A stretch of DNA of 64,000 nucleotides from Podarcis erhardii (lineage: Eukaryota), in assembly GCA_964252035.1 (NCBI GenBank), contig OZ176213.1; one strand, 5' to 3'. Numbering within the stretch: position 1 is the stretch's first letter; each line of letters starts with the position of its first letter. Made by a program: the position numbers and the translations under genes. Positions 1-12,710 of this stretch are shown here, in pieces. Under the pieces are notes generated by a model. It made no database searches and was not told where the DNA came from. It was given only the letters and a program-made list of their open reading frames with translations.

Positions 1-10
1 TTGTGATATA

Positions 11-264
11 CAGTGGTACCTCTGGTTGCGAACAGGATCCGTTCCGGAGGCCTGTTCACAACATGAAAAGAATGCAACCCACAGCAGCGCGTCTCTGCAC
101 ACGCGGGTTGCGATTCACCGTTTCTGTGCATGACGTCATTTTGTGCGTCTGCACATGCGTGAGCGGTGAAACCCGGAAGTAACCCTTTCCAGTACTTCCG
201 GGTCGCCGCGGGACGTAACCTGAAAGAACGTAACATGAAGCGGACGTAACATGAGGTATGACTG
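11..264. mobile_element. Non-autonomous Tc1/mariner (pogo/Tigger-like) MITE, family B
   Basis: Starts TA|CAGTGGTACCTC and ends GAGGTATGACTG|TA (imperfect TIRs, TA TSD). It has GTAACMTGA subterminal repeats, and its left end resembles the element at 38468. Confidence 0.8.
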
Positions 265-1826
265 TATCCGTATATTGCAATGTTTAGCTGGTGATGTATC
301 ACCATACTGAAAACCAGATCTTGGCCTCTGAAGCCCTCCCCCACCTTCCTCTTTGCTGCTGCAGCAGAACTGCCACCCTTCTCTTGCCCCCTGCTACCCC
401 TGTTCACCTTCTCCCTCCACCTGACTCTTACTTTTTAAAGAACCCCCTTCCACATTGCTGCTACACCTGCGGCAGTGCTAGTGGCAGCTTCTCTTTCACC
501 CAGGCTCTGAGAAAGGGCCAAAGGGGTATTCTGGACGAGGTGTTTCGAAGAATGCCCACAGTGGCTAAAAAGACTTTTTGAACTTTGCAAATTTTTTATT
601 AACAGAATTCTGGCTCTGAGGAGGCAGAGGCCCCTGTCCTTTTCTCAGATCCCAGGTGATCCCAGGGAGGTGGGTGGGTGAATGTGGACACCAGCACCTG
701 CACCTGACGGCAGGTGAGTGAGCGGGCAGTCGCTCGATCTGGTATGGGAATCCTTCTGAATCCTTGAGTCCTCAACCAGTGCTCAGTGTGGTCAACTGCT
801 GGTGCCAGGCCTGGATCAAGAGGCTGAATGGAGAATCGTGGGGAAATGCTTGTCTGCCTGTCTGTAACTCTGAACAGGAACACTGAACAGGAACATTTTG
901 TTGCAGTTCTCAGGGGTGGGTTTTGGCGGGGGGTTTCCTGCATTTATCACCATTGCTTATTTCATCTTTGCAAATCAGCTCAGATATATTACTTAAGTTG
1001 CAAAGAGTAGGCCCTGCCTGCAGTCTTACACTGTAAGAATCATGGGCACAGGTATGAGAAAGAGTAAGGAGAAGGGTTGGCGGCGGGGAAATACAACAAA
1101 AATTTAAAGGAAGATGCAAGTATTCTTCCAAGAGCCCAAGGACAGGAAGACTGAGATGTACTAATCTGGGACTTATTTAAATTTTTGTTCAGAACAGTAA
1201 AAATTGGGAAGATCTGTCCAGCTGGACAGGAGGGGAGAGAACGTAACCAACAGCCAATTGTATATTTCCCTTAGAAATTTCATGTCATGCTGCACCAGCA
1301 GAGTTACATTTTCGGGCTCCAATTTCAATAAATCAGCACGCTGCTCTGGGGAATGGGAGCACAACTCCCCTTCCCTTAATGTTCACAGGTAAAGCCAAGA
1401 ACAAAATGGTCATTCTTTCTGGAGTCTGGCAGGAGAACAAATTACTTTCCGCACCTCCTCGCGCTGAAGGGCTCCTTATTAAAATATTGCCTCCGCTACC
1501 GTCCCACTTGTAGTTAAACCAAGGGCAAAAAATAGAGCCGGCAAATGTGTCCTCTGGGGATGAACTTTTTTCTTTTTGGCCGGGGGGGTGGGGGGGGAGA
1601 GTTGAGTAAGCAATTAAAAGGAATACGGAGCCACCTTGTTCCGCAGGCTCAAGGAGAGACTTCTGTTTTTCAAAACAGTGTAGCCAAGCAAATGAAACAG
1701 CCCCCAGTTCAAATCTTGTCTGCAGGACAGGCTTGATGTGATGCAAAAACTGGTGAAGAGGATCACCAGCAAACTGTGTTGTTGTTTTTCCAGGGGTGGG
1801 ATGTTACTTCAAGACAGCCATGTTTG

Positions 1827-1828
1827 TT

Positions 1829-1869
<41 letters not shown>

Positions 1870-2910
1870 TTCAAAATTAAAACAAGACATATTATCCAAA
1901 AACATATCATCCTTGTTCCCCCCCCATTCCCCCCCCCACAAACCCACCCCACCCCACCCCCCGACTTCCCTCAGTTCCAGTCTTTGGTTTCTCTGAGACT
2001 GCTGTTTTCTGCATGTTACAAAGTTGTATAGATCCTCAAACTATTTAGCTGATTATTATCAATAAAAAGTTTGTGAATGTTTATTCAAAACCTGCCAAGG
2101 AGCCCAGTTCACTTTGTTGCATCTTCAGATACTTTGTAAAGGGTTCCCATTCATCCTTAAAGTCACAGTTATCCTTGTCCCATAGCTTATAAGTCAATTT
2201 TGCCAGTTCTGCATAGCCCATTAATTTTTCTTGCCATGATTCTTTAGTTGGGGTTTCTTCAGTCTTCCATCCTTGTGATATTAGAACTCCCGCGGCCGTT
2301 GTCATATACATGTTTCCTGCTTGGCAGGGGGTTGGACTCGATGGCCCTTGTGGTCTCTTCCAACTCTATGATTCTATGATTCTATGATTCTAAGATGTTT
2401 TTCAGCTTTTTTGGCAGGTCTTTCCCTACAATCCCCAACAAAAATGCCTCGGGGTTTTTTAACAAATGGAACAGTTTCTTCAATTCATTGTATATCATTT
2501 CCCAATTTTTTTAAATTACATTAATATCCTACCACATGTGATAAAATGTCCCTTTCTTTTCCTTATACTTCCAACATATATTTAAACTAGTTTTGTACAT
2601 TTTCCCTAACTGCACTGGTGTTGCATGCCATCTATACATCATCTTCATGTAATTCTCCTTCAATAGGGAACAATCTGTAAATTTTAAATCAGTTTTCCAT
2701 AATTTTCCCCAATCTTCCATCATAATGTTGTGACCTACATCTTGTGCTGATTTTACCTCGTCATCTTTCGTCTCCCATTCTAATAATACGCTGTATGCGG
2801 CCTTCAGTAATTTCACTTTCCCTTCGGTCACTTCTGAAGACAGCCGTATTTTTAAAAACCTCTTCCCCCAGCACCTTTTCCCAAATTGAAAAGCTATTTG
2901 TCTCATTTAC
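1827..2910 (-). mobile_element. L1/Tx1-clade LINE 3' fragment (degenerate ORF2 C-terminus, 3'UTR and tail)
   Basis: ORFs 2529-2906 (KENYMKMMYRWHATP...CWKYKEKKGTFYHMW) and 2081-2311 (MTTAAGVLISQGWK...ELAKLT) resemble the vertebrate L1/Tx1 ORF2 C-terminus. (TTTA)n at 1827-1870 is the A-rich tail on the minus strand. Confidence 0.8.
2316..2394 (+). mobile_element. Short CR1-type 3' end inserted into the L1 fragment
   Basis: GGACTCGATGGCCCTTGTGGTCTCTTCCAACTCT followed by (ATGATTCT)n is the typical CR1 terminus. It is flanked by ATGTTT at 2310-2315 and 2395-2400. Confidence 0.75.
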
Positions 2911-3024
2911 ATATGTTTGTGTGTTTGCCTTCAGTCAGGAAAGGGGCAACCGACCCCCAGTGCTGTGGTCCCAACCCTGTTTCAGAATCCACTTGCTTGC
3001 TTTGATCTTTAATACAAAGCCAAG

Positions 3025-3215
3025 GTAAGAACGTAAGACGATCAGCTGATCCTGCTGGATCAGGCCAGTGGCCCATCTGTTGCAGCATCCTGTTCTCATA
3101 GTGGCCCATGAGATGCCTGTGAGAAGCCTGCAAGCAAGGTATGAGGGCAACAGCAGCCCACCTGCAATTCCCAACAATTGGTATTCAGAGGCATAATGCA
3201 TCCTTCAACATCATG
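3025..3215 (-). mobile_element. CR1 LINE 3'UTR remnant
   Basis: CTGCTGGATCAGGCCAGTGGCCCATC...CAGCATCCTGTTCTCA motif shared with the copies at 9880, 11225, 40220 and 42035. Confidence 0.7.
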
Positions 3216-3224
3216 GATTGGAGC

Positions 3225-3390
3225 AACCTTTGCCCACCAGGTGCCCTCCAGATGTTTAGGACTACAACTCCCAGCAGCCCCAGCTAGCACAGCCAATGAT
3301 GGGAGCCATGGTCCAAAACATGGCTGTGAAGGCTTTGCTGATGGAAACTGTGGCCCAAAACCTCTGGAGGGTACCAGGTTGGGAAAGGGT
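3225..3390. mobile_element. Hairpin-type hAT-like MITE (GGACTACAACTCCC family)
   Basis: Inverted arms CTCCAGATGTTTAGGACTACAACTCCC / GATGGGAG...GTCCAAAAC..CTGGAG. Many related copies occur in the window. Confidence 0.6.
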
Positions 3391-4192
3391 GCCCTAGACA
3401 TTATGATAAACACAGGGATGCTAAAACAGGTATATTTTTACAGCAGGCTACAGAAGGGGAGAAGGTGGGTTCAACACAACCCTGCCACTTTGGGTAGGAG
3501 CCTTACGTTCGCCATAATACCTAGTTCTGCTCTAAGCTAGAGGCCATCCCCACATCTTGCGGTGGTGAATACCATATGTTAATGACAGGTTGTGTGGCGT
3601 TATGAACTATAATAAAACTGCTGCTGTTTCTTTATGCTTAACGCAGGGCTGCCAGATTGCACCCACTAGGAGACCTTGTTCCTTTCCTGAGGTTCTGAGA
3701 GGCCCGTTACTTTGCCCACCCAAGGACAAAATATACGGTTTAAAAGAACACAACACTGCAAACAGAAGATGTTTGCACTGAACACACACCAGGGGCTTAG
3801 GACATTTTAAAACGGGCTAGGTAAATTTGTGTGCACCAACAAAGAGGGGGTGGTATGAAAACCATTTTTGCAAAGCCGGGGCGGGGGGGATGCCAGCATT
3901 TGGTGGGAGCAAGAAACACCTCTTGATCAGTTGGAGGGTATATCATAACCCGCCCACCCCCGGTTAAGGTCAACAAATAAAAATATCAGCATCACCACTT
4001 GTGTTTTTGTGTTTTAATTTGTTAGAAGCTGCCCAGAGTGGCTGGGGTAATCCAGTCAGATGGATGGCAAACAAACAACAACAACATAATATAATATAAT
4101 AATGATAATAATAACTAGAATTTTTCCACAAAGGGGACACAGAATACCACAAACTACTCACAAGGGTACACGCTCTCTCACAAATACTTGTA

Positions 4193-4423
4193 CAGTGGTA
4201 CCTCAGGTTACATACGCTTCATGTTACAGACGTTTCAGGTTACAGACTCCGCTAACCCAGAAATAGTGCTTCAGGTTAAGAACTTTGCTTCAGGATGAGA
4301 ACAGAAATCGTGCTCCGGCGGCGTGGTGACAGCAGGAGGCCCCATTAGCTTCAGGTTAAGAACAGTTTCAGGTTAAGAACAGACCTCCGGAATGAATTAA
4401 GTACCTAACGCAAGGTATCACTG
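4193..4423. mobile_element. pogo/Tigger-like MITE, family A (about 230-240 bp), inverted relative to the other copies
   Basis: TA|CAGTGGTACCTC ... AGGTATCACTG|TA. The interior is the reverse complement of the copies at 7419, 34198, 45057, 48848 and 62557. Confidence 0.9.
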
Positions 4424-5584
4424 TATATGTGTAGGGAACAGCTTGAATCTGTGCTCTGTGTAATGTGTGAACAAGCTTAAGGGGAACATGGAATGAGGCA
4501 ATACAGGCTACTGCAAGAAAGCTGGGGGGAAATGTGGAACGATAATTTCCAGGATTACAAACCCCCGAAGGCAGAGATCTACTAAAAATATAGTTGGCCC
4601 CCAAGGTGCGCTAGGCAAATGAGGCGGTCCTGTGGGAGGCAAAGATTTGAAGAAGGAATGGTGAGAGGCTTCCAGAGAGGTGGGCACCTTTTTGAGGCAG
4701 CCCAGGCTGTCTTCATGGTTGACTGAGGTAATATAAAACAAGAAAGGCCCCTGGCCTAAGTACACTGGCCACACAGTGGGGGGCGGTTCATGAAGCCAGG
4801 TCGATTAAAGGAAGTTTGCTGGAGTGGGACCAGGTAGTCACTGAGCATCAAAGGAAGTTCTAATCCCACCTATGTGGTGCAGGCCCTGGAAGGGAAGCAA
4901 AGGCCCATCCCGGAAAGGAAGTGGAAGACCAACAGAGTTGGCCTTTTCTCTCCAGCTGGATGGAATTTGAGAAGAAAAGAAACTAAAACAAGGTAAGAGC
5001 TTGGAGGACATCGTTTGCACAGGATCTCTAGCCCTCCCCTGCCCTTCCACCCAACACCAAAAGCAAAGAAGGTGGAGGAAAAGTTCATAATGGCAACACT
5101 TCTAAATGATGGCTTGAGTTGGATTGGCAGCGGCAGCAGGAAATTCCCACCAAAGCAAGGCAAAATACTCATCTTTATTCTGCCTTATCTGGGATACGCT
5201 TGGCAGTCCAATCAACTTACCATATTTTTCCACTTCTTGCTTGAGTTTTCCAGGGCGCCATTTTGCCAAGGATTCCTAGGCTCCCAAGGTTACCTGGATA
5301 TGAGCTGGGTCTTTGCCACAGCCCCAGCTCTAGAAAAGAGCCCGCTGCCTTGTTCCCATTGAGAGGCGCCTTTCTCAAGAGGTCCCACAATCCTGGAGCT
5401 AGCTTCAAACCTGAAACTTTGTGGAGGCCAGAGGATGTGGCCCACGAAACACCCTGAAAGCTGAGCACTCAGATCCCCGGAGCGTTCTTTAAGCACAGAA
5501 GTGAACAAGGGTCCGTAACATCAGCTTTTGTGGAACACAGGAAACTGCCTCACACCGAGTCAGACACGTGGCCCATCTGGCTTT

Positions 5585-5722
5585 GTACTGTCCACACTGA
5601 CTGGCAGCAACTCCCCAGCATTTCAGGTAGGGGTCTCTTGCAGCCGTACCTGAAGATGCTGGGGACTGAACTGTGGACCTTCTGCATGCAAAGCAGATCC
5701 TTGATCCCTAAGCTATGGTCCT
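5585..5722 (-). mobile_element. tRNA-headed SINE with CR1-like tail, degenerate
   Basis: GGACCTTCTGCATGCAAAGCAGAT is the reverse complement of the head seen at 10357 and 61134. Confidence 0.55.
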
Positions 5723-7418
5723 TCCATGATTGGAAGGCAAGATGGAGCTTCTGGATGGGCAAGAGTGAGTTCCAGGCTAGCTTCTCTTGTCATCAGAACA
5801 GGACCTCCACGTTAACATCTTGCTCACTATCCTGCTCCAGAAATTGACCTCATCCACTCAAGGCTGGAGAACATTCACTCAGGGGATGGATTCTGGTTTG
5901 GTCTCTTGTGTCCTACACCTGAGGTCCTATACACTTTTTCTTCTTCATGACATCCGAAAAGAACAGAAGAAAGTTTCCCTACTAGCATGTTCTAGAAAGT
6001 GATTTGGAATGTGAAAGCGATACAAATGGATTGATCTAAAATATGGTATGGGGTAGACAAGGTTCTCTATGCCATTCATACACACACGCACACACATACA
6101 CCACTGATACCATAAATAGAAGTTCCTACAGAGGGCAGCATTGCCCCCATCAAATCAGCCACCTTCCTTTGCAGAAATTCTCATCTGAAATTGGGTTTGC
6201 GCTCTTCAACCCTGAAATGACCAAGCGTAAACACTCTTTTAATTCAGTCGGTCCAAGGCTTCTCAGGAGGGCAAAGTTCTGGCTTCCCATTTCCTTGCAA
6301 TCCCTCAACTGAATCACTTTCAAAATGTGCTTCAGTCAGGAAAGCAAAGCCGGGGTTTTCATTTCTTGGTGGGAAATTTCCAGTCGCTTCAATTTAAATA
6401 AATGAATACCAAGAGCTACTTGCACTCTGGAAGAGAGAGAATCAGCCTCTCCGCTGTAATTTTTTAAATTGAGCAACAGTTGAAATAACATCTGTAGCCT
6501 TGGTGTCTGGGCTCCCCTCAGCCTTGGCTGACCTGTCTGTCAAATGCGTATATTAGCAACCTACCTCCAGGGGTTTTGCCCATCACAAACCAAACTGCTG
6601 TAACCAAAAACTTTGCAAATTTCAAAAGTGTTAGATATAAATGACTGTTAATTGACCACTACAAGGTATAGACATTTTCACTGCACTGAATGAATGGCTT
6701 CTTGCAGTTACAAACTGTGCATGTGAGCCATGCGGGACCACCAAGAGAGATCTCAGTGATCGGGCAGGGATATAAGGGATCGGGCGGTCCTGAATATATC
6801 CTTAAAATAAATACAGTGCTCTCGGGGCCCTGTGCTCCTTTCCCACTCCAAGATGGAGGACTGGATATAATCTGGGATGTGTTACAGGCTGGCAGTAGTA
6901 ACACCTAATTTATAAACTGAGCGATGGTTTACCCCAGAGACAGACAATGGCTAAGCAGGAGGTCTGAGGAAGCCAGAGGTCAAAAGTGACTGTCATATTA
7001 CGCACACTTCCCTCCACTTATAATAACTCAACACATGGCTATTAGCCTTGGTTTATCCGAATCTATTTACGGAGAGAGAGTCAATGATAAGGTGTTGCTG
7101 TTTTACAATCTACATCCAAATCATTTCAGGCACTCAGCTGACAACAGCAGCAGAAAATCGAGGAGAGTATTGTAATGATGCTAAACAAGACAGAGAAGGT
7201 TGAATGATATGACTGGCCTCATTCTGCGAAATGAAGCCCTAAAGACACAGTGAAGAGGGTGGCCAGTTTTCGGGAGAACAGGGCCTCAAATCCAGTCAAA
7301 AGCAAGCAGCGCCACTTGGGCATATGCTAGAATACAGACAAGGCCCTCCTTCCACAACAGAGGGTCCACACCATTTCAAATGGGGGGCGGGTATTGCCAA
7401 AGCCTACACTTGGATATA

Positions 7419-7660
7419 CAGTGGTACCTCGGGTTAAGTACTTAATTCGTTTCGGAGGTCCGTACTTAACTTGAAACTGTTCTTAGCCTGAAGCACCACT
7501 TTAGCTAATGGGGCCTCCTGCTGCTGCTGCGCTGCCGGAGCACAATTTCTGTTCTCATCCTCAAGCAAAGTTCTTAACCTGAGGTAATATTTCTGTGTTA
7601 GCGGAGTCTGTAACCTGAAGCGTCTGTAACCTGAAGTGTATGTAACCCGAGGTACCACTG
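7419..7660. mobile_element. pogo/Tigger-like MITE, family A
   Basis: TA|CAGTGGTACCTCGGGTTA ... TAACCCGAGGTACCACTG|TA, with perfect terminal IRs and TA TSD. Confidence 0.92.
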
Positions 7661-7782
7661 TACTTTTGACTGCATGGCAGAAAGGTAGAGGGGCGGCGGC
7701 GCAGAGAGCATCATGTTTGTAAAGCATTTGCTGTGTTTCTTCTTTTTCCCTGAGCAGTATGTGTTAACTACTGACAAAATAT

Positions 7783-8075
7783 CAAATACCAAGATGAAGG
7801 TCTACCAGTGTGTTGAGAAAGCTGCATTGTGAAAGTGAGTCATGGGCAACTTGCAACTGCCAGGAGCAACGCCTCAACGACTTCCACATGCGCTCTGTCA
7901 GGAGGATTTTGGGCTTCACACGGCAGGACAGAGTTTCAAACAAAGATGTGTTCTCCCCAAGCCCACATTCCCAGCACGTTTGTACTTCTGTCTCAGCGAC
8001 ATCTACACTGACATGGTCATGCCCACAAAATGGAAGATGGAAGGACCTCCAAGGATGTGCTCTACAGTGAACTGG
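7783..8075 (+). mobile_element. RTE-clade LINE ORF2 C-terminal remnant (frameshifted)
   Basis: Translated across frames it reads TKMKVYQ..ESWAT..QEQRLNDFHMRSVRRILGFTRQDRVSNKDV..LLSQRHL..MEDGRTSKDVLYSEL, matching the RTE post-RT region. Confidence 0.8.
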
Positions 8076-8419
8076 TTCAGGCAACCTTCTCGTGCAAAGG
8101 ACCATTTGCTAGTAGGGCTGAGGTGGCCCCTGGAGGGAATGGTCTCTCCTTGGCTGGAAGTATTTAGGTGCAGGCTCTTGAGACATGACAGGCACCCAGT
8201 ATCTGCACAACTGAAGGCACCTTTGATCCATCAAACTTTCCTAGTTGGGTGAACAGGTCTCTGCCAGGGGTGTCCATTTTGTATTGGGGTTTTGTTTCTG
8301 TATTTCAAAAAAAATACAACTGCTGCCATTTTTAAAATTGTGTTAGCCTTTTATTATTATTGTACCCCGTGGATTGGCTTGGGACATATGTGGAAGCCAA
8401 TGTATTAATTAATACTCCT

Positions 8420-8773
8420 GTGCGGGTGGCGCTGTGGGTTAAACCACAGAGCCTAGGACTTGCCGATCAGAAGGTCGGCGGTTCGAATCCCTGCAACGGG
8501 GTGAGCTCCCATTGCTCGGTCCCTGCTCCTGCCAACCTAGCAGTTTGAAAGCACACCAAAAAGTGCAAGTAGATAAATAGGTACCGTTCTGGCGGGGAGG
8601 TAAACGGCACTTCCGAGTGCTGCTCTGGTTTGCCAGAAGCAGCTTAGTTATGCTGGCCACATGACCCGGAAGCTGTACATTGGCTCCCTCAGCCAATAAA
8701 GCGAGATGAGCGCCGCAACCCCAGAGTCGGTCACGACTGGACCTAATGGTCAGGGGTCCCTTTACCTTTACCT
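8420..8773 (+). mobile_element. Sauria SINE (Squam1), full length
   Basis: tRNA-like head GGTGGCGCTGTGGGTTAAACC..GGTTCGAATCC, a Bov-B-like AGAGTCGGTCACGACT segment and an (ACCTTT)n tail. Confidence 0.93.
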
Positions 8774-9879
8774 CTGACCCTTCATTGAGAAGGTCAGTTA
8801 AACCAGACCACCTCCAATGGTTTCTTCCATGAATCCAAGAACCAGACTTGTTTTCAATCCTTCAGAGGACACTCCTGGGTCTGAGTGGGCTGCCCCCCAA
8901 TCCTAGGAATTATTTGCTGGAGGTTTTCAGGCCTGGTTACCAAACTGGCTGCGTTGCAACTGAGGTCCATCCCCTGGCCCAGTCCAGAGGCTTTTATGGG
9001 GGGGGGAGAGAACAATGAGGAGAAGATTGTGCAGCATTGGGACAGTGTCCTTCCCTCTCTCCATGGCAACTGCCTGTGGCTCCTCAGGGGGCTTCTCCCC
9101 CCACCCCAAACCCCGCTCACTTCAAACCCCCTGGTTGCAAATAGCATCGCTGCAAACTTCCATCTGTTCCTTGTGTTTTCTAGATAACTCGATTCAGCTG
9201 ACGGAAGCGTTTGCCATGGAAGTCTCCAGCGTTAAAAAATAAACAAAGCCCTCGATGGCCAAAAGCCCTGATTAGAGACAATTCAGATATTTTTCTATAG
9301 CTCTTGGAAGGTGGCTTTTTCGTTCTATTTTTGGACCCAATGGTATGAAAAGCAGGGCCTTTTCTTTTCTCTGCTCCTTATGAGGCTGTCGGCTTGCCCA
9401 GTTCCTCATGGTGCTTTTGTAGCTGTGCCTGGGCACCCCACAGGGTGGCTTAACTTTCTTTGGATGCTATAATTTTTCCACTGGGGACTTTTATCTGCAC
9501 CAGATTTCCTTCCGCGGCATCAGTTGTGCTGTGTTTCCTTGCTACCGCCCTTACTCCCTTTTCATATTCCTTTTTCTCCAGGCCTGTCTTTCTTTTTTTT
9601 TGAAAATTCAGATATAATTTAATCAACATTTAAATATAATTATCATTTCATTTGTAATTTCGGCTCTTAGTATGTTTTTATCCCTACCCCCCCCTAAAAT
9701 AAAATAAAATAAAATGTTGGTGATGATAGGTAAACAAGACCAAAGGGTGTCTCCAGGAAATTCAATTCTCTGCAGTTAACTATGAATGACTTCTTTTATT
9801 ATTATTTTTCTTTCACTTAACAACATTTATATACCGCTTGATTGCAACAAAATCTCTAATCAGTTCACAAAAAAGATGA

Positions 9880-10010
9880 GGAACACCTTGCTGGATCAGG
9901 TTAACAGCCCGTCTGGTCCAGCATCCTGTACTCAGAGTGGCCTGTGGGAAGCCTGTAGCATAAGAGCACTCTCCCCTCCTGGATTGGCCATTTGTCTGAT
10001 CCAGCAGCCT
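9880..10010 (-). mobile_element. CR1 3'UTR remnant
   Basis: TTGCTGGATCAGG..TCTGGTCCAGCATCCTGT motif. Confidence 0.55.
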
Positions 10011-10356
10011 TTTGTTACATTCTTAGGTAGATTAGCAGGGTTAGGTGGGGAGATTAGCTGGGCAATGTGCTCCAACACAGGTTTAGGGAACCTCTTTTAT
10101 CAAAAGAATAGGGGAAGAACAGAAAAACACACACATCTTGGTAACATTCTGTCAAGCTCTGCCTACTGATGCTGGTGGCTAGCAGTGAAATAGCAATGAA
10201 TATCTGTTACTGGGGGCCAGGGGAGGAAGAGGGGCTGTGTGGAAGATATTGTGCCCCCAGAAAAAACAGATTGCAATGGCCCATGTGTGATATATAGCCC
10301 CCATCAGGAGCCACCATGTATATGAATGCATTTCCTTCCTTGGCTCAGTTGTTATA

Positions 10357-10514
10357 GGGGTCTGTAGCTCAGCAGTAGAGCATCATCTTTGCACATGGAA
10401 TGTTCCAGGTTCAATCCCCGGCATTTCCAGATGGAGCGGAAATGCTGGAAACCCACTGCCAGTCAGTGCAGGCAATACTAAGCTAAATGGGCCAAGGCAA
10501 GGCAACTTCCTATG
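10357..10514 (+). mobile_element. tRNA-headed SINE with CR1-like 3' tail
   Basis: GGGGTCTGTAGCTCAGCAGTAGAGCA (A box)...GGTTCAATCCCCGG (B box), then TGCCAGTCAGTG..CAATACTAAGCTA..CAACTTCCTATG. Confidence 0.75.
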
Positions 10515-11224
10515 ACAGTTGCATTTCCTGTGACATAGAATGAGACACATTCCATTTGTGATTTTCCCCACAAATACCTCTGCCCTGTACGCATTTCTCT
10601 TTTGTATTTCTTGATTCCCCCCTCCCCCAATCCCACAGCAAACAGGTTGGGATTGCCATTCTCACTATAAGGAGAGCTGGAAAGACATGAATGTTTGGCG
10701 GGAGGCCCTGATTCCTCTTTGCCCAAGGTGAGGAGCCAATGAATACCCCAGTGCTATGGCCTTCAGTTTTCCCCCCTTCGGCAGAAGACCAAATTGAGCA
10801 GCAGGCATCTGGTGGTGGTTTCAAGCTACTGCATCTGTTCAGTAACGGGGATCAAGCCTTGTTTCAACTACAATTTCTAAACATTTTCCAGGTGTGAACT
10901 ACTAAACTTGACCTTCCCTCACACACACACACACCCTTTCTCTTTGGGCATTTCCCTACAAAGTCAGTTGCAGGAGGCTCAGATGGGCTGCCACCCAACG
11001 CTTGGGCTCCGTCCATGTGAAGTTTGCACAACACAAATTGGATGAGTTGTCAAATGAGGAGCAAGACAAACATGCATGGTCTCCCTCCCCCCCCCCTTCA
11101 TCCCCTCCCCCCTATTCTTGAGGTAGCTGAAATCACAGAATACAAGTCTAGCTGCAGGTGGCTGGAGGTTTAGGCTGAGTGGAGAAATAAATCTATCACA
11201 GCGTGGATGCAGGAAAGGGCTATT

Positions 11225-11402
11225 GACGGCTACTAGCAATGCTTCTGAATACCTATTGCTGCAAATTGCAGGAGAGGAGAGTGCTCTTGTGCTCGGATCC
11301 TGCTTTTGGATTTCCCACGGGCATCTGGTCAGCCACAGTGACAATATGATGCTGGACTACATGGGCTTCTGGCCTGATCCAGCAGGCTCTTCTTATGTTA
11401 TT
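11225..11402 (+). mobile_element. CR1 3'UTR remnant
   Basis: GATGCTGGACTACATGGGCTTCTGGCCTGATCCAGCAGGCTCTTCTTATGTT terminus. Confidence 0.7.
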
Positions 11403-12111
11403 AAACTGTCCTGTCTGAAGCAGATCCCTATTTGTCCCAGGTTAGCAGGCGAGTGGCTATTTACAAGCCACTTTCAAGCTTCCCGGTTTGGACTTTCCCT
11501 AGCAGAATGTGGCATGCAGGAAAGGCCGCTAAATTAAAATTGCTCTGTAACATTGCAGCCCTCAACTCACAAATGCTGTAATTAAGGAGGGGGGAAAGAG
11601 AGAGATTTAACCCACAGTATCACCCAAAGCAAACATGCTACTGCTTCACTCAAAAGTGGTTAACGTGAACTTTGATAAGAGGAATCCCAGTTGACCACAG
11701 ATGTTTCTAATAAATGCACTTTCCGTCGCTCTCTCTCTCCTGTTTTAGAATAATTAAAAACATGGCTTCTTCAAATCCTAGTATGGATTCGTTAACGTCT
11801 CTGGGCATTCTAGCTTGTGGCTATTTTCTGCGCAGCAAGGAAGTTGGCAAGTCACACAAACTGCTCCTCCGTCAACAGTCTGAGACAGGGAGGATCAGAT
11901 CCTTCGCAGAAGCAGGGCAAAGATGGCTGCAGGTTCTGGATGCAGGGCTGGCTTTTCCACCCAATTTTTGGGGGACAATAAGAGCAGCGCTCCCTGCTGC
12001 AAGGGAAAGTGATGCCACAGTCTACTGCTAGAGTCAAGCTGTGTTTCTTCCCCGCTCCAAGGGGAGAAGGTGGACTCACAAGCCAATATTCTTAAGACGT
12101 CTAAGCTCCAA

Positions 12112-12710
12112 AATTTATTGTTGCTGTTGTTACATTTACAGCCCACCTTTCCCCTCCCCAAGAAGCTCAATGTGGTGTACATGGTTCTCCCCCTCCTCAT
12201 TTATCCTGACAACAACCCTGTGAGGCAGGTTTGGCTGGGAGGTAGTGACTGGCCCAAGGTCACCCAGGGAGCTTCATGGCTGAGTGGGAATTTAAACCCT
12301 GGTCTCTCAGGCTCTAATCTGACACTCTAACTCAGTGGTTCCCCAAGCGGGTGGTGCAATCACCTGGGGGGGGGGCGTGCTAAGAGGCGATGGTGCAGCA
12401 GGTGTGCACTGCAGGTGTGGATAACTGTAGACTTTGAAAAGCTGGTATCAATAAATCTAAGTTCATCAGTTTTGTTGAATTAATTAAGCTTAATAGTTGC
12501 AATTGGATTTTGAATGAACGTGCAACTAATTGCCATTGCTTTGAACGTTATTGTGTTATTATCTTCCTTAGTGGGTTGTGCAAACCGCTCTTCTGAATAA
12601 AGTTTTTTTATAGGGTAAGGTAGGGGGCACTGAGGATGAATTATGGGACCAAGGGGGCAGTGGCCCAAAAAAGTTTGGGAACTACTGGTCTCACTACTCT
12701 ACCACATGTG
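12112..12710 (-). mobile_element. Squam3-like (MIR/Ther1-derived) SINE interrupted by a hAT MITE
   Basis: Reverse complement of the copies at 29590 and 40610. The sequence is interrupted at 12332 and resumes at about 12696 (ACTCTACCACA). Confidence 0.75.
12333..12687. mobile_element. Non-autonomous hAT element (about 355 bp family)
   Basis: TIRs CAGTGGTTCCCCAAG / TTTGGGAACTACTG, with a degenerate 8-bp TSD CTCTAACT/GTCTCACT. Homologous to 49490-49795 and 52163-52656. Confidence 0.75.

Noticed and set aside
6371-6381. NF-kB/Rel-like GGGAAATTTCC, also at 35737 and partially at 13208 and 60510
   Set aside because: These are isolated short motifs with no clustering, and one lies in an old repeat.
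8420-8500. tRNA-like A/B boxes here and at 10357, 31912, 40610 and 61134
   Set aside because: They continue into SINE bodies and do not form complete cloverleaves, so they are SINE heads rather than tRNA genes.
11749-12031. Strong acceptor (CTCTCTCTCTCCTGTTTTAG) followed by an open frame MASSNPSMDSL...
   Set aside because: There is no convincing downstream donor and no recognisable peptide. The acceptor is largely a CT microsatellite.
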